Assembly (NCBI GenBank): GCA_973895155.1
Contig: OZ316891.1
Location: forward strand, 4,621,708-4,685,707
Direction: 5' to 3'
Length of the DNA: 64,000 nucleotides
Source of the DNA: Marsupella aquatica
Lineage: Eukaryota; Plantae; Marchantiophyta
The number at the start of each line of letters is the position of its first letter. Position 1 is the first letter of the stretch. Made by a program: the position numbers and the translations under genes. Below the pieces are notes generated by a model. That model saw nothing but the letters and a program-made list of their open reading frames with translations. It ran no database searches and was not told the origin of the DNA. Positions 39,007 to 51,488 of the stretch are shown here, piece by piece.

Positions 39007-42000
39007 CTACTTGTGATACAATTGCAAAACCTGCAATACATCACGGTGTCTAGAGAAACTCTCCAAAGGAATCACTTTGGTAAATGCGTCAGCCGGGTTG
39101 AGTTTACCATCAATCTTGACTAGCTCAAATAAATTATCAGACACAGCCTGCCTGATAAAATGGTACCTGACGTCAATGTGCTTCACTCTGCTGTCCATCA
39201 CCTGGTTCACAGCAAGGTGGAGCGCACTTTGACTATCACAATGGAGCTTCACATTCCCCTGTGGCAATCCCATTTCAGTGATAAGTCTATCCAACCAAAT
39301 CGCTTCCTTTGCTGCTTCCGCAGCTGCAACATACTCCGCTTCTGTAGTAGACTGAGCAATACACTTCTGCAAAGTAGACCTCCAACTTATGCATCCACCG
39401 CCAAGTGTGAACACGTATCCTGTTGTTGATCTCCTTCGGTCCAAATCTTGTCCATAGTCAGAATCTACATAGCCAATCAATGATCTAGCATTCTTTGCAT
39501 TCGCATCAAATAAAAGACCATGATCCACGGTACCCTTCAAGTACCTGATAATCCACTTCACTGCTTCCCAGTCTACCTTCCTTGGATTCGACATGTACCT
39601 GCTCACCTTGCCCATAGCCATGGCAAGATCAGGTCTAGTGCAAGTCATCAAATACATGAGACTCCCCACTGCCTTGTCATACGGAACCTTTGACATCAAC
39701 CCCTTCTCTGTGTCATCCGTAGGACAGAACGCTGATGATAACTTGAAGTGTGGAGCCAACGGGGTACTTACTGGCTTGCTATTCCCCATGTTGAACCTTG
39801 CAATTACCTTCCTCGCATAACTGCTCTGCGTCAACCATAGCTTGCCAGCCTCCAAGTCCCTAGTGATCTCCATACCCAAAATCCTCTTAGCTGGCCCTAA
39901 GTCCTTCATCTTAAACTCTGCACTAAGCAGTGCCTTGAGCTTAACAATCTCAGACCTATCCTTGGCTGCAATTAGCATATCATCCACATAAAGTACTAAA
40001 ACAATGAACCCAAAGACAACATTCTTTACCGGTTTCAAATACACACAAGGGTCAAATACACTTCTGTGAAAACCTTGTGACCGAATCCAATCGTCAAACC
40101 GCTTGTTCCACTGTCTTGGTGACTGCTTCAACCCATACAAGGATTTCAGCAATCTGCAAACCAATTCCTCCTGTCCTCTCTTCACAAAACCTAGCGGTTG
40201 TCTCATGAAGATCACCTCTTCCAATGTGCCATAGAGGAAAGCTGTGACAACATCAATCTGATCTAGTAGCAGACCAAACATTACAACAAGTACACACAAT
40301 AGTCGTATTGTAGAGTACTTAGCAACTGGTGAGAAGACCTCATTGTAATCCACACCTTTCTCTTGTGTGAATCCCTTTGCTACCAATCTAGCCTTGTAGA
40401 CCTTCGATCCACCTCCTATGGAATTATCCTTCAGCTTGTAAATCCACTTGCTGTCCACCACTTGCTGACCCTTAGGCAGCTTAACAAGCTCCCAAGTTTT
40501 GTTGTCCTTTAGTGACTGCATCTCCGTTTGCATTGCTGCAGTCCACTTCTGCTTCTCCTTTGAAGCACTTGCCTCATGAAATGAAGAAGGTTCCCATTCT
40601 TCCAAAATTAACGCATCACCCTCATCATCAGCTGTAAAATCATCCTCTTGCAGTTGAGATGAATCAACCCACTGTCCATACCTTGGTGGAACGCGTACAG
40701 TGCAACCAGATGTTCTTCTAGCCGATGACTCCGGTTGATCTGCGTGTGCTGGTACAATTTTAAGCTCAACAGCATCCACTTGCTGCTCACCAGCATCAAC
40801 AAACTCCTCTGGTTCCTCTGGCACAGGAACCAGCTCCATAATTGGAGCAACTCCTTCTCTCCGGTCATGCACCTCATAACCAATCTCCCCCTCAACGAGA
40901 TCCAGGATAGGAGATTTTCCTTTGTCAGTATGGGAGACCTGAGTATTCTCCCCCTCCTTCAATAATCTGGATTCATTGAAGGAAACATCCCTACTGACAA
41001 CGAGCTTACAGGCAATAGGATCCCATAGCCTATAGGCTTTCACACCACTCTGGTACCCAAGAAAAACACATTTCCTGGAGGTAGGATCCAACTTGGTCCT
41101 ATTCTGCTTCGGTGTGAGAGCATATGCATCACTTCCAAAAACTACCAAGCCATGATAGTCTGCTTGCCGCTTATAGCGCATCTCAAACGGCGTTTTGAAA
41201 TTGATAGCACTAGAAGGAGAAAGATTTACCAAATAAGTTGCGGTATTGACAGCTTCTGCCCAAAATTCTTGTGGTAAACCTGATTGGCTCAACATACTCC
41301 ATGACCGCTCCAACAGTGTCCGATTGAGCCTCTCAGCGACACCATTCTGCTGCGGAGTATAAACTGTGGTGAGATGGCGAGTTATCCCCTGTTCTGAACA
41401 GTACTCTTCAAATTCCATTGAAGTGTACTCCCCGACGTTGTCTGACCTCAGACTCTTCACCCTTGTATCCAAACACTTGATCGTGTTTCCAGTCTGATTC
41501 TCCACCTGGGCCTTCCACTACTTAAAAATGGACAAGACATCAGACTTATGCGTCATGAAATAAATCCACACAAATCTTGAGTAATCATCAATAAATGATA
41601 CATAGTACAACTTTCCAGAGTGTGAGGGAGTCGGGGATGGACCCCACACGTCACTATGTATGTACTCAAGAACCGCTTTGGAACGATGAGTTCCAACACC
41701 AAAAGCACGACGATGCTGCTTTCCAAGAATGCAATGCTCACAAAACTCTAATTTACAAGATTGCAAATCAGAAATGAGTCCATTCTTCCGTAAGATAGCC
41801 AAACCCTTCTCACTCATGTGGCCTAGCCGTGAATGCCACAGTTGAGTCATCTCCTCGTGAGACTTGGTTACATTGGCCTCTCCACATATAGTATTGCCCT
41901 GTAACACATACAAATTCTTTTGTCTACTCCCCTTCAAAATCACTGTCTCTCCCGACCTGACTTGAAGTTCACCATCAATAACGCTCCATTGATGATCATT

Positions 42001-42279
42001 TGAATCCAACACACCGAGTGAAATCAGATTTTTACGCATGCCAGGTACATACCTGACTCCGGACACTGTGCACACAGCGCCATCAAACATTTGAATCTTC
42101 ACAGACCCAATTCCCTCAATTTGACAGGAGTGATCATTTCCCATCAGAACTGAACCGTTTGAAACAGAGTAAGAACTAAAAAACTCACGAATGTAACAAA
42201 TATGAAAAGAGCAAGCACAATCAAGAATCCACACATCATCTGCTCTCCTAGATGACGTGCACAGGGCATACCCCCGACT
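39007..42279 (-). CDS. pol: Copia pol (protease, GAG-pre-integrase, integrase, RT, RNase H), in frame with gag; one TAG nonsense codon in integrase at 41518-41520
   Basis: WILDCACSFH (PR), WHSRLGH..CEHC (HHCC), HSDVWGP / RSDNVGEY / QQNGVAER (INT), KARLVAKG / LYVDDML (RT), GYVDSD / STTEAEY / KHIDVRYHF (RH); ORF-track pieces 42234-41518 and 41505-39007 share the frame of gag. Confidence 0.95.
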
Positions 42280-43308
42280 TCATAAAACATACTCATCATT
42301 GAGTAAATCAGCTTCTCCATCAGCCCTAGCCACATTTGCCGATGAAGTTTCTGCTGCCTTTCCCTTACAGTCTCGCTTGAAGTGTCCAACTTGGTTGCAC
42401 TTCCAACATGTCACCTGCCTCCTCTGAGGGGATTTACCCTTGGACTTAGATCTGGATTTAGATCTAAACTGGGTTCTACGGTCCCCAGTTGGTCGCTGCA
42501 TACTCCTCCCATGGTTAACATTGAGGGCAGCACCAGATGATGAAGGCTGTGACGTGATGTGCATCTTCTGCTGAAGATCATCACTAAGCAGAGAACTTAC
42601 CACGTCATTGTATGAAATGGTATCCCTATCACGATGCAACAACACTCGTGATAGGGACTGGTAAGATGGAGGCAATGAACTAAGAAGCTGCAGAGCCTTC
42701 GTCTCATCATTCAAAGTCTCCCCAAGGTTTTCCAAGTGAACGACCATGTCGTTGAAAGCATCCACATGGTCTTGCAACTTCGTACCAGATTCCTTCATCC
42801 TGAAACTCATCAGTTTGTAGGAAGTGTAGAGTCGGTTTGACAACTCCTTGCGGTGATACTTGCTCTGCAATTCCGCAAACAAGGACATGCAATCTTTATG
42901 TGCACCCAACTGCTTGATGATGGGAGGCATGAGATAGAGTGTAACACACCATACTCCCTGCTCCCATTGTTTCTCATCAACATCGTCTTCACGAGGGCTC
43001 AGCAGTTGGCCCATCCCTGACGCATAGAGCACTCCCTTCACTTGCTTCTCCCATAGCAAGTAGTCAGAGCGCCCATCATATTTTGTCACTTCATACTTGG
43101 GTCCCCCAAGCTTGAAAGTCCTCATCTTCTTCTTTGGCACTACCGTGAGCTCCGGTAGTAGTACTGCTTCCTCCACCACACGCCGCACCGGTGATGGTAT
43201 CGGTGTCACGTGCTCTTCCTCCTGCTCCTCTCTCTGCCCCTGAAACCTCCGCGGTGATCCTCGTGCTTCAAGTTCCACGTCTTCAAAAAACTCCTCCGAA
43301 TCACTCAT
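42280..43308 (-). CDS. gag: Copia Gag (342 aa) with CCHC zinc knuckle, ending at an in-frame TGA
   Basis: KYEVTKYDG..YLLW, LLSSLPPSY, CWKCNQVGHFKRDC; TGA at 42280-42282. Confidence 0.95.
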   Translation of the reverse strand: MSDSEEFFEDVELEARGSPRRFQGQREEQEEEHVTPIPSPVRRVVEEAVLLPELTVVPKKKMRTFKLGGPKYEVTKYDGRSDYLLWEKQVKGVLYASGMGQLLSPREDDVDEKQWEQGVWCVTLYLMPPIIKQLGAHKDCMSLFAELQSKYHRKELSNRLYTSYKLMSFRMKESGTKLQDHVDAFNDMVVHLENLGETLNDETKALQLLSSLPPSYQSLSRVLLHRDRDTISYNDVVSSLLSDDLQQKMHITSQPSSSGAALNVNHGRSMQRPTGDRRTQFRSKSRSKSKGKSPQRRQVTCWKCNQVGHFKRDCKGKAAETSSANVARADGEADLLNDEYVL

Positions 43309-44448
43309 ATGAGAAAATCACAAAAAATGTTGTTTTTCACAACTTCTCAAAAAACTCGAAACTAAACACCGCCGCGTAGCCCACAAAGCTAGGAGTCCAA
43401 TACTGAAAACCGAAATCAAAATCAAAATTTGACGGAAAAGTTATTCAAATTTCGGTCGAGGTGGGTAAAACCTTGGGAAACTCCCCCGTTTTGACCACCT
43501 CAGGGAATAACCGAAATACCAAGTACAACCCATTGTCGGAATTGCGATATGATCGGTGCGTTGCGTTGCCAACTTCAATGGCTACGACCTCGCCGAAAAA
43601 TAACCAAAAAAGTTACCGTTCGGCGGATGAAATCTTTGTCGGACGGTCAAAAAATAGCTCTCTGGTTTTTTGGAATATTCTATGACCCTTGTACAGGCCC
43701 TGTGGGAATTTTGGAAGAACAATCGAGGGGCTGACATGTGTCCTCGAACCCCCAAAACCCCCTACCACCCTTCGTCGTCGAAATCTGGTCGCGCGCGCAG
43801 AAAATACACACGGCAGAATGTACCCCTCGACACCAAACGCAAGATATCTCACTCGGGTTTTGATGAAATCAAGATCCGATTTCAGATTTGGAAACTAGAC
43901 TCCGAGGCGATGAAGATCGATATAAGAAGCACCCAAAACGAGGAAAGAACGAGGGAGAAAAAAATTGGTAAAGATGACAGATTTCTCTCAATTGCCATAG
44001 CCAATTTTGAATCAGTTTTTCAAAGAGAAAAAAATGGTACCTTGTCAACAACGAATGTTGATCAATTGCACTTGGTGCCGTCACCAAGTCCAACAAGGTA
44101 ATTGATTTTGCTTAGCCTTCCTCTTTGGATCAAAGAGCCAATCCCGGACTCAAAAACAATCGTCTTGCCTCAATCTCTCCGTTGAGTCAAAACACTTGAC
44201 GCTTCTCCCTCCGAGTCGATTGCCAACTTTCTTCACAAAATCCAGAACGACGAAAACTTAGATCTCTTTGCACCACGAGCTCCGTTCAATGATTTCTTCA
44301 CACCGTTAGAAAGCTCTTGCCCTGATCTATCCGTTGAGCCCATAAACTCCAAGTTCCATGCGATGGAACTCTGGAAAATCCACCAACACTCAACGCTGGA
44401 AAAACCGTCATGAAATCCCGTCACGAACACACATCACCTCCCAAGCAT

Positions 44449-44460
44449 GCTCTGATACCA
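44449..44460 (-). promoter_or_regulatory. Primer binding site for initiator tRNA-Met (TGGTATCAGAGC)
   Basis: Plus-strand GCTCTGATACCA, 2 nt inside the 5' LTR. Confidence 0.95.
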
Positions 44461-44462
44461 AT

Positions 44463-44847
44463 TGTTGAGCATAGACGACGATTGCAACGGCAAGCCCCTG
44501 AACCATCCAACGCACAATAGTCGACACAAGAGATACGTGGTTCACCTCCTTGAGGCTACGTCCACGGGAACACACAAGAGAGCTTTACTGAACTCTAAGC
44601 CCGTCGGCTATACCGAGTCTCCACAGTGTAAGCTCTCCCTATCTCTCAAGTGGCTCCATAACAATGAGCCTTGGTTCTACCTCTCCAAGCACACATGCCT
44701 CTTATGATATAGTGTGCAACTTAGTTGTACCTAACCACATAGTTGTACCTAATCACGTAGTTGTACCTAACCACGTAGTTGTACCAACCCACGTTGTTGT
44801 ACCAACCACGTCATACCTAACCTAGACGTAAGAGTAAATACCCAACA
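44463..44847 (-). repeat. 5' LTR of the copia element (385 bp)
   Basis: Appears identical to 38431-38815. Confidence 0.97.
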
Positions 44848-45229
44848 GGAGATTGGATCAATTTGACGTGGTTTATGTTCCAGCTATTGGACTTTGATTC
44901 AGCCACGGTTGTTCCTGTGCCTCCCCAGTGATTGAACCACTTACCTTGTGTACCAAAGACAACATCGGCGGCTTCCTGTCCCGCGCTTTCGGTGAGTCGG
45001 TGCAGGCAGCAAGCGAGTGTTTACAAACGAGACTTCCGGTAAGGTAACGGTAAGGTCTGCAAGATTTTAGCAACTTTCATGAAACTTGCATATTGTCTTT
45101 TCACCCGGTTCCCCTTGTCAGTAGTAGAATTTGTTCTTTATGTTGACTTCTTGAGCCCAGGTAAGGCCATCGTAAGGAGCTCCATCATGTAATTTACTGC
45201 ATGTATTTACTCTCTCTCTCTATCTCACA

Positions 45230-46438
45230 ATGAAGGTCTCCATGGAAGAAGGACGGTATGAAGGTTTCACGATTTATGATAGGGTTGACGATAGCAGTGA
45301 CAGTAATACTGATGAAGAATCATCACTCAACCTGGAGATTGACCTCATTCTCATTATGGTGACAGCCATGAGAGCGTACCTCACCATGATTGAGTCATTT
45401 GAGCCAATTGAGCTGTCCCAGGAGAACCAGAGCTTAGTCATTCACAATCTACCCGTGAATGACCTGTTAGGGAGGCACATTGAACATTCCCAACAGTTCA
45501 AAGACATCACAAACTTAATAGTTCAGGAATTTGAAGAGCTTTGTCGTTTAGTGTGTCCAATCATTCAGTCGATTGCAAGGTCAACAGGCAGACTCCATAC
45601 TATTTCTGGTCGCCCTTGTAAGCTTTCTCCCGAGCAAAGATTGATGAGCTTTGTCCTTTATTTGAAGCATGACAACACTGTTAACTTTGATGCCAGCCGA
45701 TGGAACTGGTGTAGAGCAGCAATTTGCAACGATGCTCTTTTTGTGGCAACCTGTGTGAATGAGGCAATATCTGGTGAGATAAAGTGGCCTTCTGCTGAAC
45801 AGAGGAGAGCTTTGGGCCAAACAATTCCTCAATTGCCTGGGTGCATAGGGATAGTTGACGGTACACTTGTGAAGATCAGGAGGCCATATGAGAATCCTCA
45901 ACACAGGAGGTATTTTCAAGGGAGAAAAAAAATGTACTGTATGAATTCATCCGTGGTGGTTGACCATAATGGACTGTTTATTTTCATTGATCCAGGATAC
46001 CCTGGTTCATACCATGATTGTACCATTCTCCAGAATTCTTGGTTGGATTCTAATTCCAGGGACTTGTTTGTCAACACTCCACAGTACTATGAGTATATGT
46101 TGGGAGACTCGGGGTACAAAGGCATGGAACATTTTATATTGCGGGGTTATAGCAGGACAGAGATCAGGGTGATGCGATTACCTCCTGGGACGGTGCGAAC
46201 CTTTAACAAAATGCATGCTGGTTACAGAGTACAAGTAGAATGGGGCATTGGTGGGCTGAAAATGAAGTGGCGCCGCCTACAAAAAAGGTGGGATTTGCAT
46301 AGGTCCAGGTTCAAGACAATGTTCACCTCTGCTGCACTGTTAACTAATTTCATCCACAGGCGAAGAAGAAACATGGATATACAAATCATAGGCCCTAGGG
46401 GCCATGCGAGAGACAGAGGTTGGGCTAGGGACTATTGA
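45230..46438 (+). CDS. Intact Harbinger/HARBI1/ISL2-like DDE transposase (402 aa)
   Basis: GRPCKLSPEQRLMSFVLYLKH (HTH of IS5/ISL2 type), GCIGIVDGTLVKIRRP (D), PGSYHD, YMLGDSGY (D), FNKMHAGYRVQVEWGIGGLKMKW (E); no stops. Confidence 0.92.
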   Translation: MKVSMEEGRYEGFTIYDRVDDSSDSNTDEESSLNLEIDLILIMVTAMRAYLTMIESFEPIELSQENQSLVIHNLPVNDLLGRHIEHSQQFKDITNLIVQEFEELCRLVCPIIQSIARSTGRLHTISGRPCKLSPEQRLMSFVLYLKHDNTVNFDASRWNWCRAAICNDALFVATCVNEAISGEIKWPSAEQRRALGQTIPQLPGCIGIVDGTLVKIRRPYENPQHRRYFQGRKKMYCMNSSVVVDHNGLFIFIDPGYPGSYHDCTILQNSWLDSNSRDLFVNTPQYYEYMLGDSGYKGMEHFILRGYSRTEIRVMRLPPGTVRTFNKMHAGYRVQVEWGIGGLKMKWRRLQKRWDLHRSRFKTMFTSAALLTNFIHRRRRNMDIQIIGPRGHARDRGWARDY

Positions 46439-48566
46439 CAGGTCATCTTTCAGGTAACTTAGTAACACATTTGCATGATTCTACAACTTTGGGTTTAATT
46501 TAGTGTCTTTTGCTTTTGCTACTGCAAGATACAGTGCTTGACATACATGTGCTTGACATTAAATGCCAGGGCCGGGACTGGAGGTTGCACGGAGTTCACT
46601 TCCACGTCAAGGGGAGAGACTAAATAATGTTATGTTCAGAACATAGTGTTGTTGCTTGTTTGGCATCGTAGCCTTTTACATGTTAGATTAGTCTTCAAAA
46701 TTTCTGAGTATTCAGGAACTACGGTTTCTCAAATCAATTGTAATTTTATGTTTCAGAATGTCTATGCTTGATCCAATGAGTAAGAGTGACTTATTGTAGT
46801 GAAATTCTTTTATTGTTACTGAAGTTATCTTAGAAAGGGTCCCAAATCCTTCTTGGTCTCAAATGATTGAGGTTGTACACCAAAGTAATCTACAATGGTC
46901 TTCCTTCTCCTAGAAGTGGACCCTGGCGGACTCAAAACTGAGTAAGGGCTCCTGTGTATTTTTGGTTGAGGGCTCTCCAGTTTTTGGTTGATGCACATTT
47001 TTTGGCCATGGGTCCCAGACTAAACCCAGACTGCCATGAGATTGCCCGTGAATCATATTTGAGACCCCCCTAATGATGGAGCCTGGACTGTGCAAGACTG
47101 AGCAATTCATCATCACAGGTATGATAGAGAGATATATCATTTCTTACATGGGAAGGCCACAACAAGCAAGGTTTTCCACCAATAGTGGCCATTCCGTTAA
47201 TAATGGCATGCCTAGGGCACTTTAAACATTTCCAGAACAGATTGAAGAAAAAAGACATGGGCAATTCGCAAGGGAGCCCACTTCTGTCCAAGTTTATGAG
47301 CAGTAGAGCCCTGAAGCTTATGTACCTTACACAAACGAGTTTTTGTGGCAAGATGGAGCCCTATGTTTGAAAGCAACGAAGCCGATTGGTGCAGATGGGT
47401 AGAACATCAGCTGCTTCATTGGCGTGAGCACTTCTGAAGTACCTGATAAGTCGGTGTGACTGCTAGATAGAATAAATGCACAGTCAACACCTGCCTCCCC
47501 TATAAAAAAACATTTCTCCCAATTCTGTTGATGCGGATGAGTCGATCATGGGAGATGTTGTAGGAGAAAAGCATTATTTTACACGAGCTCCAGTTCTCCA
47601 CCGCTATATATAGTGCAGTACGAAAGTTTCCACTCCGTCCTATACTCTCGCCTGTACTTTACACTAATAACAAAATCTCCTGTAATTCATGTTGATAACC
47701 TCATGAATGGCAAATCCTGGAGGATTGGAACTGCCAAATCTCCAGACATAAGCCCGGGCATAAGCTTACCGAATCGCTAGAAGTTGACTTGCCAACACAA
47801 ATGGGGACGCTTCAATCATGCATGCCACAAACGAGCTCTACCTAATTGAACAAAAGACGAAAATGCTTTTTTTAGTATGTCTTCACCGTGTGTTGTCGTT
47901 GATTTGTCTCCACAACAATGCTGGCTGTTTATTTTTCATTGATGCGAATCGGACACTCGATAAACCCGGGAATTACAGTCACGGCCAGGCTAAGAATCAT
48001 ATTTATAAACTTTCGGAGTGCAAAGGGATCATGTGTGCATAACCGATGCTCGGACTGCAAAAAGATACGAAATTGAGTGGCCAAACGGCAAGAGTAAAGT
48101 TTAGACTCTCCACTTTGCATTTCTTCTAATCACGGCCACACATAATTATATGCTGAAATATTGCGAGCTTGTTCTTTATTGCAGCCGATGGCCCTTCAAG
48201 ATTAAGGTATGCATAGAACGGTCCAAGGAAATCCGTTAAAATAATCTCATACTGTATTACTCTACATAGTTAGGAACTCTAGTGTATTTGGACTGCACAG
48301 CTCAATCATGCTCAGTTTGTATCAAACAAAGGACTCCAGTGAAGAGGTTTCAACAGAGCAGAGCTAGGCAATTCATATCGATATTATTCAGAACTCTCAA
48401 CCCTGGCAAATGTTTTTGAAGTGAGCCCCATCGTGAGCCAAGGAGAGACTATCTTCCATACTGGAAGGACGTGTAGTGTAAACTTATCTCTAGAACTTAC
48501 CTATATTGCTATTTAACAACCAAATACTGATCGACACTTCTCCTTAAACTCGTACTCATTGAGTAG

Positions 48567-49598
48567 TCATACATCTCTCTGCTTCTCCAAAAGTCCAATC
48601 TCAACTAGAATGTTCTGCTTGTCTTGAAACACTTTTCTGGAATGTGCCTCCTCACACCTAGCAGTAGATTCAATGCGCCTAGCAGCAGCCTCCTCAAGTC
48701 TGGCTGAAGACTCTTCACGTCTGGCAATGGACTCTTCACGTCTGGCCTCAGCTAATGATGCCTTTATCTCCTCATCTATGCGCTTTGAGGCAGCATCCAC
48801 GACCTGCTTCTCTTTGATAGTCTTCACCTCCCCAAGCATTGATGCAATGTCCTCACCAGCCTGCTTGAGTGTCTCCTTTTTAGTGAAATGCCTACTTGGT
48901 GTAATCTCTTTCTCTGACTATTGTGTTGGAGGACTGAGTGTGCACTTACTTGCTGGTGTTGCTGCCTCAAAAAGCTCTTTGTGTTTTTTAGTTGCACTCC
49001 CGTCCATGCTTCTTTCGCTTACTTGCAACACATTGCGACGCAGGAAGCCATCTGTGTTGTACAATGCTCTCATCTCTGCACCATCCTGTAATTCGCCACC
49101 CTCCTGATTGTTCTCAGCCTCTGGGTTATTTACTCCTGACTGTAGGTCAGTCAATGCCTCTCGCAAATGGATCTTCAGACTCTCTGGTTTGAAAGCAGAC
49201 CTGGGGAATTTCTTCTTGTAATCCCTATAAACATTGGTCCATACCTTGTTAGGGATTAGCTGCTTGGCCTTTTTCTTCCTACCCCTACTGAACTCCATGA
49301 AGTATTTTCTGTAATCCCGAACAAGTGAAGCAACATGATCGTTATCTACAATCAGCCTCGATATCTTGTCGTCTGTGATCTTCTTTGCATGCTGGTTGCC
49401 CACTGACTTGTGTTTGTCAGTGTTTTGCATGCTCCCATTCTCCTTGTCACTAAGCAATTCAACTTCTTCGGCATCAGATTCCTCGTTGCTTGTTGTACCA
49501 TCATTGCTGCTAGAGCTCAGTGACAATGGAACTTGTTGTCGAGCATGAATTCCCTTCATCAGGACTTGGTCCTCTGCACACAATAACACATTAATCAT
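48567..49598 (-). pseudogene. Harbinger partner ORF1 (basic Myb/trihelix-like region plus C-terminal coiled coil), interrupted by one in-frame TAG at 48918-48920
   Basis: ORF-track pieces 49598-48918 and 48839-48567 are in the same frame; VWTNVYRDYKKKFP..ESLKIHLRE helical motif; ARREES coiled-coil repeats; convergent to the transposase; a probable acceptor near 49575 suggests an upstream exon. Confidence 0.65.
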
Positions 49599-51318
49599 GG
49601 AATGAGAATCATCAATCTATCAATCATGGAACTAGAGACAATCGGATGTATGGCATTCTGATGACAAGCTAAACGAAAGCCATTTCAATGCCCCAAAAGT
49701 GAGGAGCTAAATGCTTCAGACCTTTCAGATTCATGTTTGCTATAGAGCTCCCTTACCAATTGAAACAACAAGAGAATTGAACTTGCGTAGAGGAGATTTC
49801 CTGACTATTAAATTATATTGTAGCAAGGAATGCCATGGTTGGCAAAATTGAGACGAAGATTATTTTCCATCTTTATGTTTCAACAGAGAATGAGATACCA
49901 TCGTTCAAACCAGATTTCTGTCTGTTCAACATTAAAGGAGAAGAGATACCGGCGATATATAAAGTGCTTGAAGTCAATTTAGTTCAATGTGGTGGGCCTA
50001 GGATGAGCTCACCTTTTGTATCTGACCGGAATTACGCCACCAGCTAGTTCAAAAACATGGGGAATGCCAAGTCAAAGTGATATTTGGGCCAGTCGCATTA
50101 GCCCCTCTGAACCCTGAGGGCATTGATTAGTTGTCGTGATCATAATGGTTTTTCGTCCAGGGTAGCATCACCAAGTCTGGCCAAGGTTGCATTCAAGCTG
50201 TCCGGAAGCAGGCTCCACAGCTTGACCCATTGAGCCGACAACGACTCGGTTCTAAGAATTGGAGAAGGCGAACAACAGTGAACTCGAAAATGCTTGCTAG
50301 CCAAGAACACACCTATCTGAAAATATTTGACAATTAACTTGTCCCGACTAACACAAACTGTTCAATACCCCAGACAGTGACATTTTGTGAAGGGTGCACA
50401 TCTAGCCACTGTTCACCGAATATTGTTAATTAAGCTTCCTTGGCCAAGCTAGAGTGATTGTAATTCACGTGGATGGAAGCTTAAAAGATAATCTTCTGAT
50501 TTTTGATGAGCAATGTTGCAGGGAGGAGGACGACCACTAGAAAGAGAGAACTAACTGCATTGCTCATTAACATCTCAGAATTCTAGCTACTCTAGAAAAA
50601 AGAAGAAGCCCAGGACAATCATACAATTGATGCGCAGCCCAGCAAGACATTAAAACCTCATATTCAAAATGCAACAACGACTCAAATTGTTGTTTTAATT
50701 ATCACAGCAATGCACAATTGAAACAAGTTGACATATTGTGGATGAGGGCATGGAGAAGGATTGGGATGACTTGCAGAGCCAACGAGCTAATTGTACAGCA
50801 ATGTCAAGTTAATTAATGAATATGGAGAAGCAATGCAGGGCGCATTGGGGTCTCCAGTAGGCGTACAGGATACGTACCTTCTTCCAAGCTCAAGAAGGAT
50901 CAGCAGTAATCAAAAGATGAGAGCAGGAAGAGGGGCGATACGGTTGAATGTTTCAAAATGTGCAGTGGGTAAGGCGCAAGGAGAACGATCTGGATGACTT
51001 GCGCATTTTGCACTACAAGCATAAGTCTGCTCGGTGGCCAACAAGCTGAATCGACAACAATCGCAGGTGGGGGAAGGTGGGGAATTGAAGCAATGTAGAC
51101 CTATTTTGGTCTCCCCTGCTGGAGAATGACAACCAATTCTTGAAGAGTTCGAGCAGCTATAAATCGAGGAATAGAATGGAAGAGAACGGAACGGAACAAA
51201 ATGTAAGAAAACTGAATGCATTGACAGACTTGATCATATAAACTGTGATTGTCTCAATAAACATGAATAAACAAACTCACCTAATGACAAGACGCACTTT
51301 TGCAACTCCCACTCTCGG

Positions 51319-51488
51319 ACCTCTTCTTGAACGTCGCTCCCTTCCGCATGCGAAACCTGCAAGTGGAGACGGGCCTTTCCAGCCTTACTCTTTCGACACT
51401 GTTGGGTCACCTCTTCTTGAATGGCGCTTCCTTCCGCATGCAAAACTTGCAAATGGAGACGGGCCCTTCCAGCCTTACTCTTCTGACA
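51319..51488. repeat. 90-bp tandem duplication inside the Harbinger element
   Basis: ACCTCTTCTTGAA..CTTCCGCATGC.AAAC.TGCAA.TGGAGACGGGCC.TTCCAGCCTTACTCTT at 51319 and 51409. Confidence 0.85.

Larger units (their letters stand above)
38431..44847 (-). mobile_element. Full-length Ty1/copia LTR retrotransposon (Tnt1/Tork-like), very recent insertion
   Basis: TG..CA LTRs of 385 bp that appear identical; 5-bp TSD GGAGA (38426-30, 44848-52); PBS and PPT; domain order gag-PR-INT-RT-RNaseH. Confidence 0.98.

Noticed and set aside
43461-44430. ORFs in the copia 5' leader (e.g. 43670-44101, 143 aa) as an extra or env-like gene
   Set aside because: Short, overlapping on both strands, no recognisable motif or transmembrane pattern; consistent with a long untranslated leader
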